A DNA stretch of 64,000 bases from Yuukianura sp. NJ FZ-2021. Lineage: Eukaryota. Shown in pieces: positions 46,935-62,100 of this stretch; the first letter of the stretch is position 1; every line of letters begins with the position of its first letter. The notes below the pieces were generated by a model. That model worked only from the letters and a program-made list of their open reading frames with translations, ran no database searches and was not told the origin of the DNA. Position numbers and translations under genes: made by a program. The stretch is taken from assembly GCA_046563655.1 (NCBI GenBank), contig CM102286.1, forward strand, positions 4,960,001 through 5,024,000. Direction: 5' to 3'.

Positions 46935-49900
46935 TTTTTCTTATTTTGGCTAATAGAATTTTATTAGAGTAGTAATTTGAAATTTCTGCATTCTGTGAGT
47001 GAATTCAAGTGAAAAATCTCAGAGAATAACTTAAGTTTGTAAATATTTATGAAGAGGGGTTTTATTATTTGAGACGTCAATAATAACTTCTGCTATACAG
47101 CCTCAATCAAATTTAGTTGGATTAACTCATACATAGGGTTATTAAAACTACATCCGACGACGAGAGAGATAAATATGAAATAAAAATCTTCAGTGAAAAT
47201 TTCGAAATTTTGTAGAGTTGAAGGCATACGAGCACTTTCTGCACATTCTTCGTTGTTACAGATAGTTTATCCCTTGATTACTCCTCCTCAGTCTCTAAAC
47301 TTTAAGTTTTAGAAAATAGCAAATGCCGTCATGAATTTCAGCATTACGAGATTATACCGTTCTAAATCATTCCGTTCATAAGAAATGATTTTTTCAAATT
47401 TGAAAAATACCAAAACTTTTTTCTAAATACACGTTGCATAGTATTTTTTTTAGCTTTGCTGCAATGTGTTTGCTCCCATTGTGTGGTATAAGATCCAGAG
47501 AACATCGAAACGTTGCTCTACAGGATGAACTTTGAGCAGAACGGGTTTTGATTGGTAAATGGAATCCAAAGAAAGCTCAACCCTTCCCTTCATTTTTTAT
47601 GACTCAGTTCCCCTCTTTCTACAAAAGACAAGTTCCTTTGAAGCCAGGATCAAAACGGAAAACCAAAATGCAAGATGGAGTCCAGTCATAACTCTGCTTC
47701 CGTAACATTACAGACGCATAAAATCGATTTTCAGCTGTGTTTCGAAGCTACCATCCATTTCTGGCCATAACCTTTACAATATGAATGACTCGTTCTCCAT
47801 AACGTGCAGTTTAAAAAATTATTCCAAATTAGAAACAAAATTTTTGATATCATACAAGTTTATTTTGCTTGTACTATTCTAGGTGCAAGATGTTACTTTT
47901 TTTCATGCTGCTAGATTTATACCCAAAACGCTCATTAGCGACGATTGGAGATTGAAAACCTTCTTTCGAAAACCTCTGGTCCAAACAGGATTTTGAAATC
48001 TTCCACTTTCAAAGTTCTGCAAAGTCTGTCACTGTCGCTTGAGCAATGCAATGAGCTATTTCTGTTTTTAATTAACCAAAGTACAGAAGGCTCCTTTCAG
48101 GTAAGTCTCATACTAGGATTACTCCGGGGTACTTCAAAGAAGGACTTGCCAAGGAACCGTTAACTTAATTAATTAGAACTTTCTCTGCTGAAAAGCAGTA
48201 CTAAATGGGCTCAGGTAAGATACAAGCTACGAGGCTTTTAATTACTATGTACAATCAAACGTAACTTTCTCTCCCATCTGCTCACTTCTTCATCAAAGTG
48301 AGTGAAATGGTTCCTGGAATGAGTTCTTACGGAGGAAGTGGAGCGATTATAGCTTTTTTAAAAATTGGATCTTATGTAATTGGGAGTATATGGACCCACC
48401 ACTGTAGCACGGTGGCACGTGCCCCACCAAAGGAAGGCTCTTGTGGATTCTGAATCTGTGGAAGAGAAACAGATGCGGTGTTCAGATTAGAACTGCCTCA
48501 ATTCAATCAAAGGGAAAATGGAGCTTTGGAATATTGGGGAGAAGGGCAAATAAGTAACAGATTCATTTCATTACCCTCAAAACACTCCAGATTAATCTCT
48601 ATGATTACATCAACTCGCATTTGCAAAATCTCAAATCATTCCACTGCCTTCAACTTACCTAACCCAACTAAAATCCACTTTAAAAACTTAATCTAGGAAG
48701 TATTGGCACTAAAAACCCCTCCAATTTCTGATTTGGAAAATAATAACAACAGCGTAATAGCCAAAGAATATAAAAGAAGGATACAATGCAAGGTGGACTA
48801 AAGTAAGTCAAAATACTAGAGACGGGGCCCTTGAATAAGTGAATGCCAAATTCCCTTAGGACCCTTCCCCACGAGCCACATGCTCAGAAATAATAGACAA
48901 ATTGAAACACTACCCACTTGGAACATTACTTATTAACGCAACGCAGTAGTAGCAGGGGGCCCTTCACCACAACAGACTTTTAATCCCCGTACAAAAAGAA
49001 CTTTCTCCTCAGGGACTTTCTCCTCTACCGACCAAATTGCGACTCTGGCCAAATTAATTTCTAATAAATTACGAACCTTCCAATAACACCACCAAAGGGC
49101 AAAGGTGAAAGCCCAATTTACTAAATTAATCCATCATCTTCATCATAGTGGATCGTGTTCTAATTCAAGCTGTCGACACGACGTAGGTAAAAGTTTATTG
49201 AGGCCATTTGTAAACATTTGTTGTTTGTAAACGAAAACTGATCCTTTTACAAAAACAAAAGCATGATGCGACTAATTTCTTTTTAAATAAACTTACGCAG
49301 CATAGGATACAAAACATTCGGCGAAAAATTTAGGAACTTGCGACAAATAAGCAAAATAATGATATCGAAATAAAATCTCGTTGCCGGAATGCACTATACT
49401 AAAGTAAAAGAAGAATTTCGGCAAAATACTCGTAGCACAGTCATTTCCTGAATTGTCTTAAAATTTCGGAGATGTTCAGATTATCCATTTGGTAAACAGA
49501 TCGCTTAAGTAGAACAACCTTAAAGCAGAGCGAGGCAAAACTCAATCGTTTCGGTAACTCTAATTTCTTTTAAATAATTGAAACCTGACTGCCAGACTTA
49601 TGGCACAAAAAAGAAAAACAAAGTACTGTAGGCCCAAAATGCATAAATCTTGACTATAAGTACCTAGACATTATGATCTCTACTAAACCTAAAAGTTATC
49701 TAAAATCTAAACAGTTCGGGATGGAATCGGCGTATTTTCAGTTATTGCTACGTACTAAACTGCATACTATTTGAAAGCATAAAGTAGAAACGAAGAGGTA
49801 ACTGTTACATCAATCGATGTTGATAAATGCCACCAGTGAAAGTAAGAATAAAAATTGACGTAATTTCACGTTTTAAAATATCATTGTTGGTGAAATTGAA

Positions 49901-50159
49901 AGCGACAGGCAGCACACTTGAAATTGTAAAACAGTACTGGCAAGAACTTCACCCATTCCGACTCCTGGCATGACAAGAAAAATGAATTAGTCTACCGCCA
50001 ACAATTTTTAGTACCTTCACATTAGCAGGCCGCGTGGCCCTATGTAAGTTTAAGTAATTTAGCAAAAGTTGTCAACACTTGTCTTGGATTTTGTTGTGCT
50101 CAACGGTAGTGGCCCAGAAAAAGTTGTGTACTTTTTACTTGTATAATTTGGAAAAAAAT

Positions 50160-53100
50160 TCACTGAAGCACGCAGGACTCGTTGTGGGACGTTCTTGAAA
50201 TGTCGGCTCGACTCACATCTTTTTCGATCTCATCATCATCTTCAATCCTGAAAATATTTTAAAAAATTTATAGTTCAAAATTTTGTAAGGACTTTAGATA
50301 TCGAAATAGTATCAAAATATCGAAATGTCCTCCATATTGTAACACTAAAATCTTATAACCATCGCTTTTCCTGTCATGCGCATTGCACTAATAGGGATTT
50401 GATGAGTCAAGGGCACTTCCATGAGGGATTCAGGGAGCGATTCTAAGGTTTCTTCTACTTAGAAATTCATGAGAAATTTGGAAATCTGTTAGAGGGGAAA
50501 GTTCAAACAAAAACAAACCCGTGGTGAAAGGTAGGGTGTTCCAACCCTGTGGGGTGGAAGTGGAAACTTATAGTGCTCCGAAAGTGCCAGAAATTTTCAA
50601 ACTATCGACAACAATGGCTTGTTACGCATAACGCTTTCCCAGAAAGTAAATCGTTGTGAGAAAATTTGTATCTGAAGAACAACAATAGCCCTAGAGAACC
50701 CTGCAAAAACACCCCTACGTCCACGCGACCTGAGAAAGCCAACTTACTACTATAACGTTCCTTTCAGAAATTGAAACATGACCTCTAATAGGTCACGCGC
50801 CTCATCATCTCCGCTGCGTCAACTCTGTAACAAAAAGAAAGCCGAAAGGCTAATCCTAAGAACCACGACAGCGTTCTGCAACGTCACCCTCATTAAATTG
50901 TCCTTTTCGCTGCCGCCATGTTTCAATTTCACCGCCACTGCCACGACGCTGCAACACACAGAGGATTATAAACATTTTCCAAGTTGGTTAGATCTCTACG
51001 GAAGTTTCAACAGTATTTGGCGGCCTAGGATTATTGTAAATTAAGTTTCACTTGGCAAAATGAACACAAATGCGATTAAATTCTTAAAAAATAAAATTGT
51101 GAGCGGAATCAAATGACTAGCGACTTTCCCTTTTGCCAGTTTGACCAATTAGTAGAGCCTACACAGTTAGTACTCTGCTCATGGGGTTCAACAACACAAA
51201 AAGTGAAAGTTGAGCTAATTATTTGTTTAGAAAACTTTCAAAAGCCGAATTCAACACTGCCACTTCCTCATTAACAACAGAAAAGTGTGAATCCCCTGTA
51301 GTGGGTTCATGTTCATTAGAACTCCACAGGAAAACAGAAACTGAAATCCAAATCCAATTCAAACCCCAGCAGTTCTTTCAATTGTTTACAAGTACAATCG
51401 GATGAGTACTTGACAAAAAGTAAAAGAAGCGGAGCTTTTTCATTGTTGCAACATTTGAGAGACTATAGTGGCTGACACATTTCGAAAAAGACAAGGGAGT
51501 GGCACAGTTGCAAACGAATCCGATTCAATGAACTTTGATTTAAAATTTAAATCCATTCTGATCATATGACTCTCAGCACCCCTGGATCAAACCCCTTAAA
51601 AACTAATCTGATTTGCCCAAATAACTTTTCAAACCCAATCCAAATTAATTACCCCTCTTCCGAATCATCTGTGAAGTGCTAAGTGGCTTTTTCCTTCCCG
51701 CCCCATATGCTACTTTCAACTTGCACCAAAAAATTTCATTTTAAAATTATTCCATAATATCATTTTCGAAAATCAGAGATCCAGTTCCAGAAATTTTACC
51801 AGCTAAAGGTTGTTCATAACATAAATTGTTCAAATCACACAGATCAAATCGTATTCTTCCCGCGCAGGACAAACCGGAAGCATTACGCATTATTGCGAAT
51901 CTGAAAAATAACGTGACTAAAAACGTCTTGGAAATCCTTTCATCTTTCTCGAAATCCCAAACACCCTACAGTACAAATGATTTTTTATATAAATTTTACT
52001 TTAAAATTTTTTGAAAAAAGATTTATAATAATAAAAAGTTGAATAAAAAAAGTTACTTTTGTCACCACAATAACACGGAACCCCTACCCCACAACTCTAA
52101 TAAATCAAACTGACTACATTTCCGGTTTAGACGGATTTTAATCCGGTTTAACTTTTGGGTAATGTCCCCATTCGTCCAGCTTAAAGTTCGTACAGAACTT
52201 TAACTAAAGGTATCACCTGCCGAATAAGTTTCTCTTTTTCATCTTTTCCATTGTCATTCACAGAAATTTTTAACAATTGACCATAGCAGCATATCATCAT
52301 CATAACTTTTCCGCAAGGCATTGTCTTGTTTTTGATTCAACTGCATTCGGGAGACAAGATACAAACCGACGTTAAAGTATAAACCCGTCAACATCAGCGT
52401 CTTCTGCCAGCCTCAAGGGATTCAATTCAACAAAAAGCACAATAATGTACTTTGCGTTGTTAAAAGAAACATCTCTCCTCCAGTGATTGGAGTCGGCACT
52501 GAAGACAGAACAAGGAAAGTAATCACATGGTCAATTTCAGAACAAAAGCCACCTTTTCTTCAGTCACTTTCATGGACGGGTGATCGTAGTCAGTGGTGAT
52601 GGTGGAGATTTCAAAATTTCAAAGCCTTCCAAATCATAATAGAACAATAACGTGACAACCGTTGAAAAGGAAGGGGGTTTTCAAACTTAGAAAAAAGAAT
52701 AAGGCCGCACTTTTTCATGAAATCGGAGCAAAGGGAGTCGTTTTTGGTTTGATATTTTGAAGGGGGGATCCCTTCAAGCTTTTTTTGAAAAGAAGAACGA
52801 CAGTATCCTTTTATGCCTGATACTCTCTGACCTCCAATTCATTCTTATTATTATATTCAATATTTGTATACACAGCTGGGATCTCCTAAACTTATTCGGT
52901 GTTTGGAACCCGAAAATTCACCCCATTCGAACATTTCCAACCAAATTCTAACCTAAAGTCGGCGGGAACCCTGCTGGAATCATGATATCGCTCTTCCCTA
53001 AGTCACTGAACCAAGGGGCCTCTAACACCCTAACGTGAGATGAAGTTTCCTTGTGGCTGTGACCAATTGAGGTAAATGTGAGGGAGGTAATTGGGTAGGC

Positions 53101-56100
53101 AACCATACAAGTAGCATTGGATTCATAACTGACTACGCAGTACCCCATTTTTCATAAGTACACATGACAAGAAGAAATTCTGAATAGTGGCAAAGGGCTT
53201 ACGCTTTTTCTTGATCGTCCAGATGAGTTACGAGTTCATCTCTTTGATTCACGACCGAAACGAGCTCATTCAGCAAAAGGGCTTCACGCTTTTTGTCTTC
53301 GGACGTCTTTTGGCTTTCTGAAAAACGAAAAATGCAAAATTTGATTAGAAATAACGTTCTCAAGACCCTTTCTCAAGAATATCAGAAATTGCCACGCTTT
53401 TATGAAAACTCTAGTCTGAAATTATGTACTTCTTGTTCATCTTCTCTTCATCACGTTCTAAGAGCACAACTGCTACAGACATAGACTCAGCTTTCCCCAA
53501 AGTTAGCAAATTTTTAGGAAATACATTTCTGTTCAAATTGGTAGAATTTTTTTAAAACTGAAAAAAGCTTGCCTTACATTGAATAGACCGCAAAGTGATG
53601 TAATCAATACGTTTGGAAATTGAAATTTTTCCGCCCAGTACTTAACGTACCACTTCAAATTGACTGGTAGCGCACGCCCTCCTCAAATTATTTCCTCACA
53701 AGGCAAAGGACCACAACAAAGTTTTCTGTTCATTTTTCAGATGAAAAGGGCCCTTAGAGAAGCCTTCGAAAAAGAGACGCAATGATAGCAAGGTCCCTTC
53801 AATCTGCTCCAGCGCTTCTGTTAAGGCGAAGAACCTCTTGATGCACCTCTATGTTAAACCAACACATGCCGATGTCACTCTAACTTTCACTGGGAAACCT
53901 CCTCTCACTTTCTCCCGGAAATTGCCCATTTCTCACTTAACTTAACAAAACCGGACCACACTGAACTTGGACCTGACTCCAGCAAAGACATTGACAATAT
54001 GAGGACTCCGACGAGAAGTGAGTGTTTAAAGGCATCAGAAAAAGTTTATATATAGGAAAGAAGATGCCTAAGTCGTCCTTCGGTAGGAAAGGCATAATGG
54101 AGAAATAGGCTTATTTTGAGCAAAGAGTATTATAAGCGGATAGAGAATATCAAGGCAGACACTAGGCCTAAGATATATGCCTATTTTAATAAGACAAACC
54201 CCGTATATCGGATTTAGAACCTTAGTGCCAGTGCCCGCAATTTTCTATGGCGCTTCGAGTAGGCTCCAGTGCCTTTGTTAAGTCTTAAGTCCTCCAGACT
54301 TGCTCCATGAGCCGGATTTAGAACCTCAGATTCAGAGAGAGCTGGAAGAGCAATTTTGAAGGGCCTCTCTGCAGTTTTGTGTGACAGCGATGCACTATTA
54401 TGCAGTACTTGCTGCACTTCTATATTTCCATTTTCCTCATCTTGGGAACAATGAACAGAAAGATTAAGGCTCTGAGCCTCTTATTTATTCACCTTAAGGT
54501 TCCTAAAAAAAGAAAATCCTCAATCCCTTCTTTCTTCTTTCCCAAAAATCCCAATGTCAAGGATTCAATTTACAATGCTTCCTATTCTTTTCAGTTCCAG
54601 TTCCAGTGCCCTCTGTGTCTCCTTTCATTTTGAAAAGAGCAATGCATGATTAATGGAGCAGCGGGCTGGAGTGATGTAAGATTCAATTTATTCCGCCATC
54701 TCATCATTCAAACAGGAGACGAGGAGAAAGCAAACTCCGACGGAGAAAGTTAACCTAACCAAACGTAGTTTGAAAGTGAAGAGATATTTTATTTTCTCCA
54801 GCCTACGAGTTATTCGCTAGTCGTAAGTTTCAGGAACGAAAGTTGCTTCAAAGTTTGTTTCAAAAGTAAACTTGAGATTTAGACTATTCTCAAGTCCTTT
54901 CCAAGCTCCCTTTTACTCAAACTTTCTCTCTCCCTTGAAAATGGGAAATGGGAGTAGTTGAGGCAGGAGAAAACATAAGCGGCTTAAAGATTCTGATTGG
55001 CAATCAGAATAGAGTATAAGGAGAAGGGAGAGTCTGGTTGTGAGAGATAGACGGAGAAAGCACACTCCCTCAACTTCCTATTTCCCTCCCCTAACCCAAC
55101 TTTTTCCAAGTCTTCAAAACATCAAGTCACTTTCAACCTAACCAACCTCTTTGAGCAGCGTCTGTCTGAATTTTCAAAAAAAAAAAGCATTTCTTGTCCT
55201 CACTGAAACCTAGCAACTGCATTTTTTGAAGTTCAGGAACAATTACTTGAAGAACTCACTGCCTCCAACCAAAAAAGCTTGAGGTCTTGTACCTAAGGTT
55301 ACGCTAAATTTCTGAAACGCAGTCAAAAAGAGATGAAATCCAGGAAAAACGTGTTAGGAGAAAAGAAAGCTTCGGGGAACTTCTTTTCTTGTTTCTTTCC
55401 AGTCCCATTTCCATTTTTAACAGTTTCCGCATGGTTTTGAAAGGGAGACTTAGAAGTGACAGACGACGGACGAGAGAGCGGACATATGAAATGACAAATC
55501 CAAGCTCTCCTTTGTTCTTGACTTTTCGGTCCAGCCTCTCCTTGTGACAAACAAGATGATAATGGGGAGAGAGAGGCCTTTAGTACAAGAGAGGCGAAGG
55601 GAACCTCAGCATCATCCCTCAGGATAAGCTTTTCCCAATTCCATCTGAAGAGTAAAAGCACTTTTTCATCTTCTTTCCATTTAGAAAACAAAGACAACTC
55701 CAAAAGAAACTCGCACGCACACCTTCAACCAGAGCTTCCCTCCCTCGCCCATGCCCTTCAAACACATCGGCCTAGAAATGTTCTAGTTTTTGTCGTTGAC
55801 AATGACAAACCGCGAGAGATTGATATTTCCAATTCAATTGTCTCCACAGCAGTTCTTCCTTCCAGAAACGAAGTAGTGGAGATTAAGATCATTCTGCTTC
55901 CCTGCCCACACGTGAATTTCCAGGTGCTTTTTCAATTCAATTTCTCACAAACCAAAATTCAGCTCGAAAGCGTTTTACACTGGTTTTCATAAAAGAAAAA
56001 AAGTTTTAGCCAGACCCATGGCCTATGAGCAAGCGTCGTGAAAATAAAAAAAAGAAATTCAACAATACACTTTCTTCGAAAAAAATGCAAAACGGCAAAA

Positions 56101-59100
56101 AATTCTGAAATCATGAATCCAAGAATTTACTTTCTAGGAAAGGCATCTCAAGTGTTAAAACACTCGATTAAAAACTGGTCGATGACACACTTCCAAAGTT
56201 ATTTCAAAAATTTGGAACTCTTTCTGACACGTAGAATGCATAGTCGTAATTCAATTACAGTGAGACTATTCTACTTTTCTAAGATTTAACAAGATTTAAA
56301 TCTCCTCAATGAAATATCCTTCATAAGCTTCTTTCCCCCAAGAAAGGATTCAAATCCATTTTAACCAAAGAAAAACAGAAGTAAACAACCAAAAATTTTT
56401 AGAAAATTGCAAAAGCTTTCTACAAAAACATTTTTGAGAATAAAGGAAAACAGTTTCTTTGAGATCTCCTTTACTTGAACCACATCATAAGAATAAGAAT
56501 TGTAAAAATTTGTAATCTCCTTTCCGTTAGAGAGATTCTCTATAAACAAGGAACAGAGTCCCACGAAATCTGTTTTCTATTGTACAAATTCTCTCCTCTC
56601 TGCTAACTTCTAATCCTTTTCCAAATTCAAAATCCCCTAGGAACGTCACCCACGTTGGACGTCTTGGAATAACGTTAGGAAATGCATTCATGTGCTGCCA
56701 GTATTACGTTAACTGGAACTAAGAATTCCAACCTACGCTCTATCCAAGTGGTTTCCGTTTGGAAGCTCACTTAGATTGGATTTCAATTTCCACTTGAGGA
56801 TTAACTAGCATTGAAAAGTGCACAACTTTTGAAGAAGTCTTATCCCTTGCCTATTCAATTGTGGAGTTCGATATAACAACAATAAACTGAAAAAATTTGT
56901 GCAGACAGGAGAACTCATCGTTAAGGAAATCACAACAAAGGATTGAAAAACGTCCCAAACTAACTGTCATCCAAGCTAAATTAAAGTTACGCCTGAGTAA
57001 TTAGCATCTGCAGCCAGAGAGTACCGCTAAGCCCCTGAAGTTAATGGCAGTATTACTATTAATAATTCCAAAGTGAAAAGTGATAAATAACTCGAGTCAG
57101 TCGCTGTGAATGCCCCACCCCATAAGGAATTGAATAAATGTCTGACAGAGCATGGAGCTAGCCAAGTCGACGGTTCGCATCTCGTCGCTTGCATCTACGC
57201 GCGAGAAGAGCGTAGAGTAGTAAGTTGAATTGGAAAGAAGCCTAAGCGGATTAAAGTCATCATCGTTGCTGAGTAATGTTCTGTTCCACACAGTTCTAGG
57301 CCATTCCTGCTTCTGCCATTTCCATTTCCAAAGTCAGCGCTCTATAAGCATCTGACTGTACAAAAAAAATGCGATGTCACGTCGCACGTTCAGAATGGTG
57401 CTGAAACTTTGCGATACGGTTCCGTTAATTTTGCAACCTCGATTTTAAAAGCCTCGTATAAAAAAACTTGGCACCTTGTGAAGCGACTTCTGTGGTTATG
57501 CCTGATTTGACGCATGTGCTCGCCCATAGCATTTCAAACAATGCGATTTGTAAAAAAAAGTATATTACTAAATTATTGGTATTATGGGAATTAAAAACAT
57601 ATTCATTACCGTCTACAGACAGGATACGCCGCAGCTCCTCGTTCAACTGCTCGAACTTTCTCCCCAAGTCTTCCTCCTTTTCCCTAAAATACAAAAAAAA
57701 ATCATAATACACGGATAAATTTATTTCTTATCAAATTATTTACGTAAGTTGTTGTTTGTCTGATCGCATCAAATTCAAAACTGGGGAAAAGCGATAAGAA
57801 TGTAATGGTGAAAGTATTATTTTGTACGTTGGTACATTCGATAGCGCCATCTTGTGTGTGGAATACGAGCAAATTGAGACAACGACCTATGGCTAAGGTT
57901 ACTCTACAAATCATTTTAGTGAAATAGAATTTCTAAATCATCGTTCAAAATTCGTTTTTACAGATACCAGATTAAAGATTACCATACAGATTGTAGTAGC
58001 AACATAAGAAACAACTTTACCAAATTTTAGGTAAGCTTCAAGTGGAGCCCTCGCGACCACTTCAATTTTAGGAAACCCTGAACACGCGTTTAGTTGAAGT
58101 GGGTAACACAACGCTTTCAAAAAGCAGAAACTGTGTCTATGCAAAAGAAAACAAGGTGTCAAGAATGGAACAACGGCGAAAGGCCCTACGTATCAAGTTT
58201 CAACATCTCCGTCACTCCAAAAGTGACAAAAGAAGGCGTCGCAATGGAACTTTAAATGGGAAGACTCGCCTCAATAAGTTTCTTGGAATTTTTGTAAACA
58301 AATTAGCCCGACGCTCAAAATAAGTGTAGTGTATACGACTACTCCAAAAGAATCGTTAGGCCTATGAAAAGCCAGTAAGAGTTGATTTTGAATGTCCGAA
58401 CTATTAAAGAAATGGAAAGTAATGGAAATTATAGTCAGTTACACCGTAAACAAACGAAACAAGCTTTTGGCATTGAATATGATACGATGGGAAAAAAGTC
58501 ATCCAACTACTTTCTCCAAGTGACAACAAAGAGGATTAAGAGTTGACTAATCTTATTCAAAAGTTTTCTTGAAAACTTTGAATTTGAAATTGAAAAATCC
58601 TATTATGAACTTTCCTCCAAGTTCTAATTAAAAATCCTGCCAATAAGTCACTAAAAATGAAAAAGGAAAGTTGAACCTTGCTCTGATGCTCTCCTAAGTT
58701 TCGTCGTAGTCGCAGAATTAATTCTGAATTAAGAGTAAAAGACGTGACAGATTTCGACTCTTGGCAAGATTAGCGGTCCTCGGCTAAAATGGCTTGATTG
58801 AAAAGTTTGAATGCTTCTTTGTGATGGACGTAAACATAATTTCTATGGGTGTAAAAACTTTAGCCGGAAAAGTGATTTTCATCAATTTAGAAAAAAAAAT
58901 TAAAAGAAACTTCAACAAGATTCAGATAGCGGAATCAGGTGAATGCCGGCTTCAAACTTCCAAAAAGCAAGTTTCGCCTTTTCCTTGTTTTAGAATGCTG
59001 GAAACGTTTTCAGCGTTAACGTATTGCCATGTTGTCAATTTTGCTTACATAATATTGAGTTGCATCTGACGACGGATTAGTGCATTCTTCTTATTGACAA

Positions 59101-62100
59101 GAGTAAACCATCTTGACATAAGGAAATCCTCTTCATCAGGATGATTACCTAAAGTCATACAATAAACAACGATTTACATTCGATCTTAAAAGCTTAGTCG
59201 ATAGTTTTTACATGTCATTCTCTAACCAGATTTCAGTAGAATTCGCAGACGTTTTTCCAGATCTCGAGCTTGCTGGTCAATTTGATCTTGCTCCCGCTCC
59301 AACGCTAATAACTCGTTCTGAATATAAGAGTTTGGTCTCGGTGTTGACTAAAATACAAGAAAAAATTATTTAATTTTTGTTTGTATCAATTTTTATGCAT
59401 ACATTATATTTAGCTTTACATTTGCTGGAGGTGAGGACCGGTCAGGAGAGATCTTCTCCATGATTGGCTCAAAGGAACGTAATTTCGGAGCTCTTGTGAC
59501 AACACTGGATCCCGAATGAATATTTTTGTTAGCAGAATTCATGGAGGATTTGCTCTCACCAGGATGGTTCGTATTTGACACATTTCCATTTAGTTCCTGC
59601 AAATGAATGAAAGATTTGATTTGCAAAAATGACATCACCGTAATACAACATTTCCTTTGACATTGGATTACCGTATTCCCATTATCACACAAATCCGGTG
59701 TCGCAATAGACTTAGGAGGACTGTCAAGACTTCGCGGGGAGTCACAACCTGAGTTACTGCCTGAGCGGGATCCACTCCCGGGACTAATAACTCCTTGACG
59801 TGCTTCCGCAATGAGACGGCGAGCTCGCTCTCGTAATTGTAGCTGACGTTCGTGCTCGTCCTAAAGTCAAGAGAATGACGAGACGAGTTTTAAAAAACGT
59901 TGAATGCAAAAGCGAAGCACGCGAAATACGTGTCGCACCAGTGAAAAGAAAGTTAGTAAATGAAAGTCCAAGGTCATCGAGATGCACTTAACCTTACAAA
60001 AGCCATGTATGCAAGTTGCGAAAACAAGCAAACCAGTTCTCGATATAAGTAAAATGAAAGTACAACATTGAAAAAAAAGTAGATAAACGTACTAATAAAA
60101 TGCACTAAAGTAAATATTTACGTTCAATTTGGCATGCACCGTTGATCCTAAGGTTATATGGCTCTGTCCATCGCTTACCGGAGTGGACGGTTTGGACGAA
60201 GGAGAATTCTTGGACGAACCTTCACGTTTAGCTTGTTCCTGCAGCATTAGTCGAGCTCTCTCCCTCAGCTCTTCGTGTCGAGCAAGAATTTTCTAAAACA
60301 GACATCCGATTAGATTAGATTGTGGTTATATCATTATCATAAGCACTGACAATATATTTCATAATAAATGAAATCGACTAAAAACTAAAACAATGACAGA
60401 TGTATGTCAACAACTGATAGCTGTTCAGACCTGTTGGCTACTCTGACCGTCCTTTCTGGTGGGTGACAGGTCTAACAACCCAGGAACATCAGGATCTGGT
60501 ACTCCAACTGTCGATGCCGGAGTATTCTGCTAAAATTACATTCAAGAAACGAGTTTTCATCCTTCTTAAGCTGCATTAGACCAGTAATTAAGTTGCACAT
60601 ACCATATTCGCTGGGGAGAGCGGACTACTGCTGGACTTGTCTTCATTCCGATCGTCTTCTTCGTCTGAACCCAAAGGATCCGTCCATTGCCTTCGTGTCA
60701 TAAGTGGCGGACGTGACCCTGACCCTGGAGTGGTCGGTGCAGCTTCTATTTGAACCTACAACCAAAATTCAAGTTATTTTCGAAAAAAATTCATGAAAGT
60801 AGCATGAAGTGCTTTTCATTTTCACCTTGTCATTATTATTTGTGAAAGTGTTTTTCAAGTCGTTGAGTCTGTCTCGGAAGGTTTTCTCTTTTCCCGGAGA
60901 CGTTATTGTTTTCTCGCTCTTCCTGTCCGGACTGAGGACATTAAATTTGTTCAAAATGTTGTGAATTGAAATAGGACTGTGGATTTCAGTGGACTTTCGA
61001 GAGGGCTTCTCTGGTGATTCGGACTGCCGGTTGGTGGAATTTCCGAACGGAGTAATAATAGAATTTCCAGACGTGTTACGATTCCCAGTTTCAATTAAAA
61101 GAGACCCTGCTGGAGAATCAACGTGACTATTTCTATTACTGCTTGTACTCTTGGGCCGATTTCGGTTTGTATCTGGTCCAACGCTGTTCTCACGACTTCC
61201 ACTTCGACTATTCTCCGTATTTCGAATGTTCATGATTTCCTGTTTGAAAATTTCCTTAGTTATGGCATTGTCCTCGGTCGAATTTTCCTTGACTCCAACA
61301 ATATACGAGGATTTGTCTGAAGTAGCACCAATATTTTGGACTTCAAGCTGAGCTCCTAAAAAAAAAATCCAATTTGAGCACACATACATACAACTTTGGA
61401 GGTTCAAAGTAGTTGTAAATTATTAGAAGCGTCGAAAATACAGCCATAGGCATATCGAATTCTAGCAAAGAACATTTTTATGTGGATTGTAGAGAGCTCT
61501 AACTTTCTTGTTTGAGTGAAAGTTATTGGTAGTAGAATGTGAGTCAATTGGAGATTTGAGATCTCGGATAAATTGGATAAGCGAACAAAAGGAGAAAGCA
61601 AAAAGGAGATAATAATTCACCTGTAAAATGAGATCGAAGTTGGTATAAATAAGTCACTACGGCCAACTTATCTGGAACGGCTAAGAGCATCATATCCGAC
61701 GGTTCAATAACTCTGGGAATGCCGAGGGATTCTGCAGCGTCGAAGGCAGTTTTGCAGTTCCCCTTGATATCATGAGGAGACAGGGTATTGAAGTCTCTGG
61801 AACACGATAGTAAAACAGAAACACAATTTCATCACATAGCCTATTTATTTTTAAAGTATTTCTCTTCCACTTTTTGTTTTCCTCCGGATTTCTTCAACTT
61901 TCTCTCTCAAGTTACAAGTCATGAAGCAAGACTTTTTCCAGAGACGGAAATAACTTGCTCAACTTATTATTGCAGAAAAGAAAGCTGCTGGAAGGGAGTT
62001 TACCCAAAGGAAATGAGACACAAATTGGCTTTTGTTCTTTTGTCAAGAAGCTCAGGGCAACGGCACACTGCAGCCAACAAAATTATCACATGAAACGAGA

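Noticed and set aside
47450..47760. Possible small spliced gene downstream of Otx-B
   Set aside because: Acceptor-like sites are present, but all three frames close quickly and no protein motif is visible.
54214..54417. 67-aa ORF ending in ..LRF, resembling an RFamide precursor
   Set aside because: There is no signal peptide and no Gly-basic amidation site.
57800..57900. TAGCGCCATCT motif often seen in arthropod MITEs
   Set aside because: There is a single short motif with no identifiable terminal repeats or second copy in the window.
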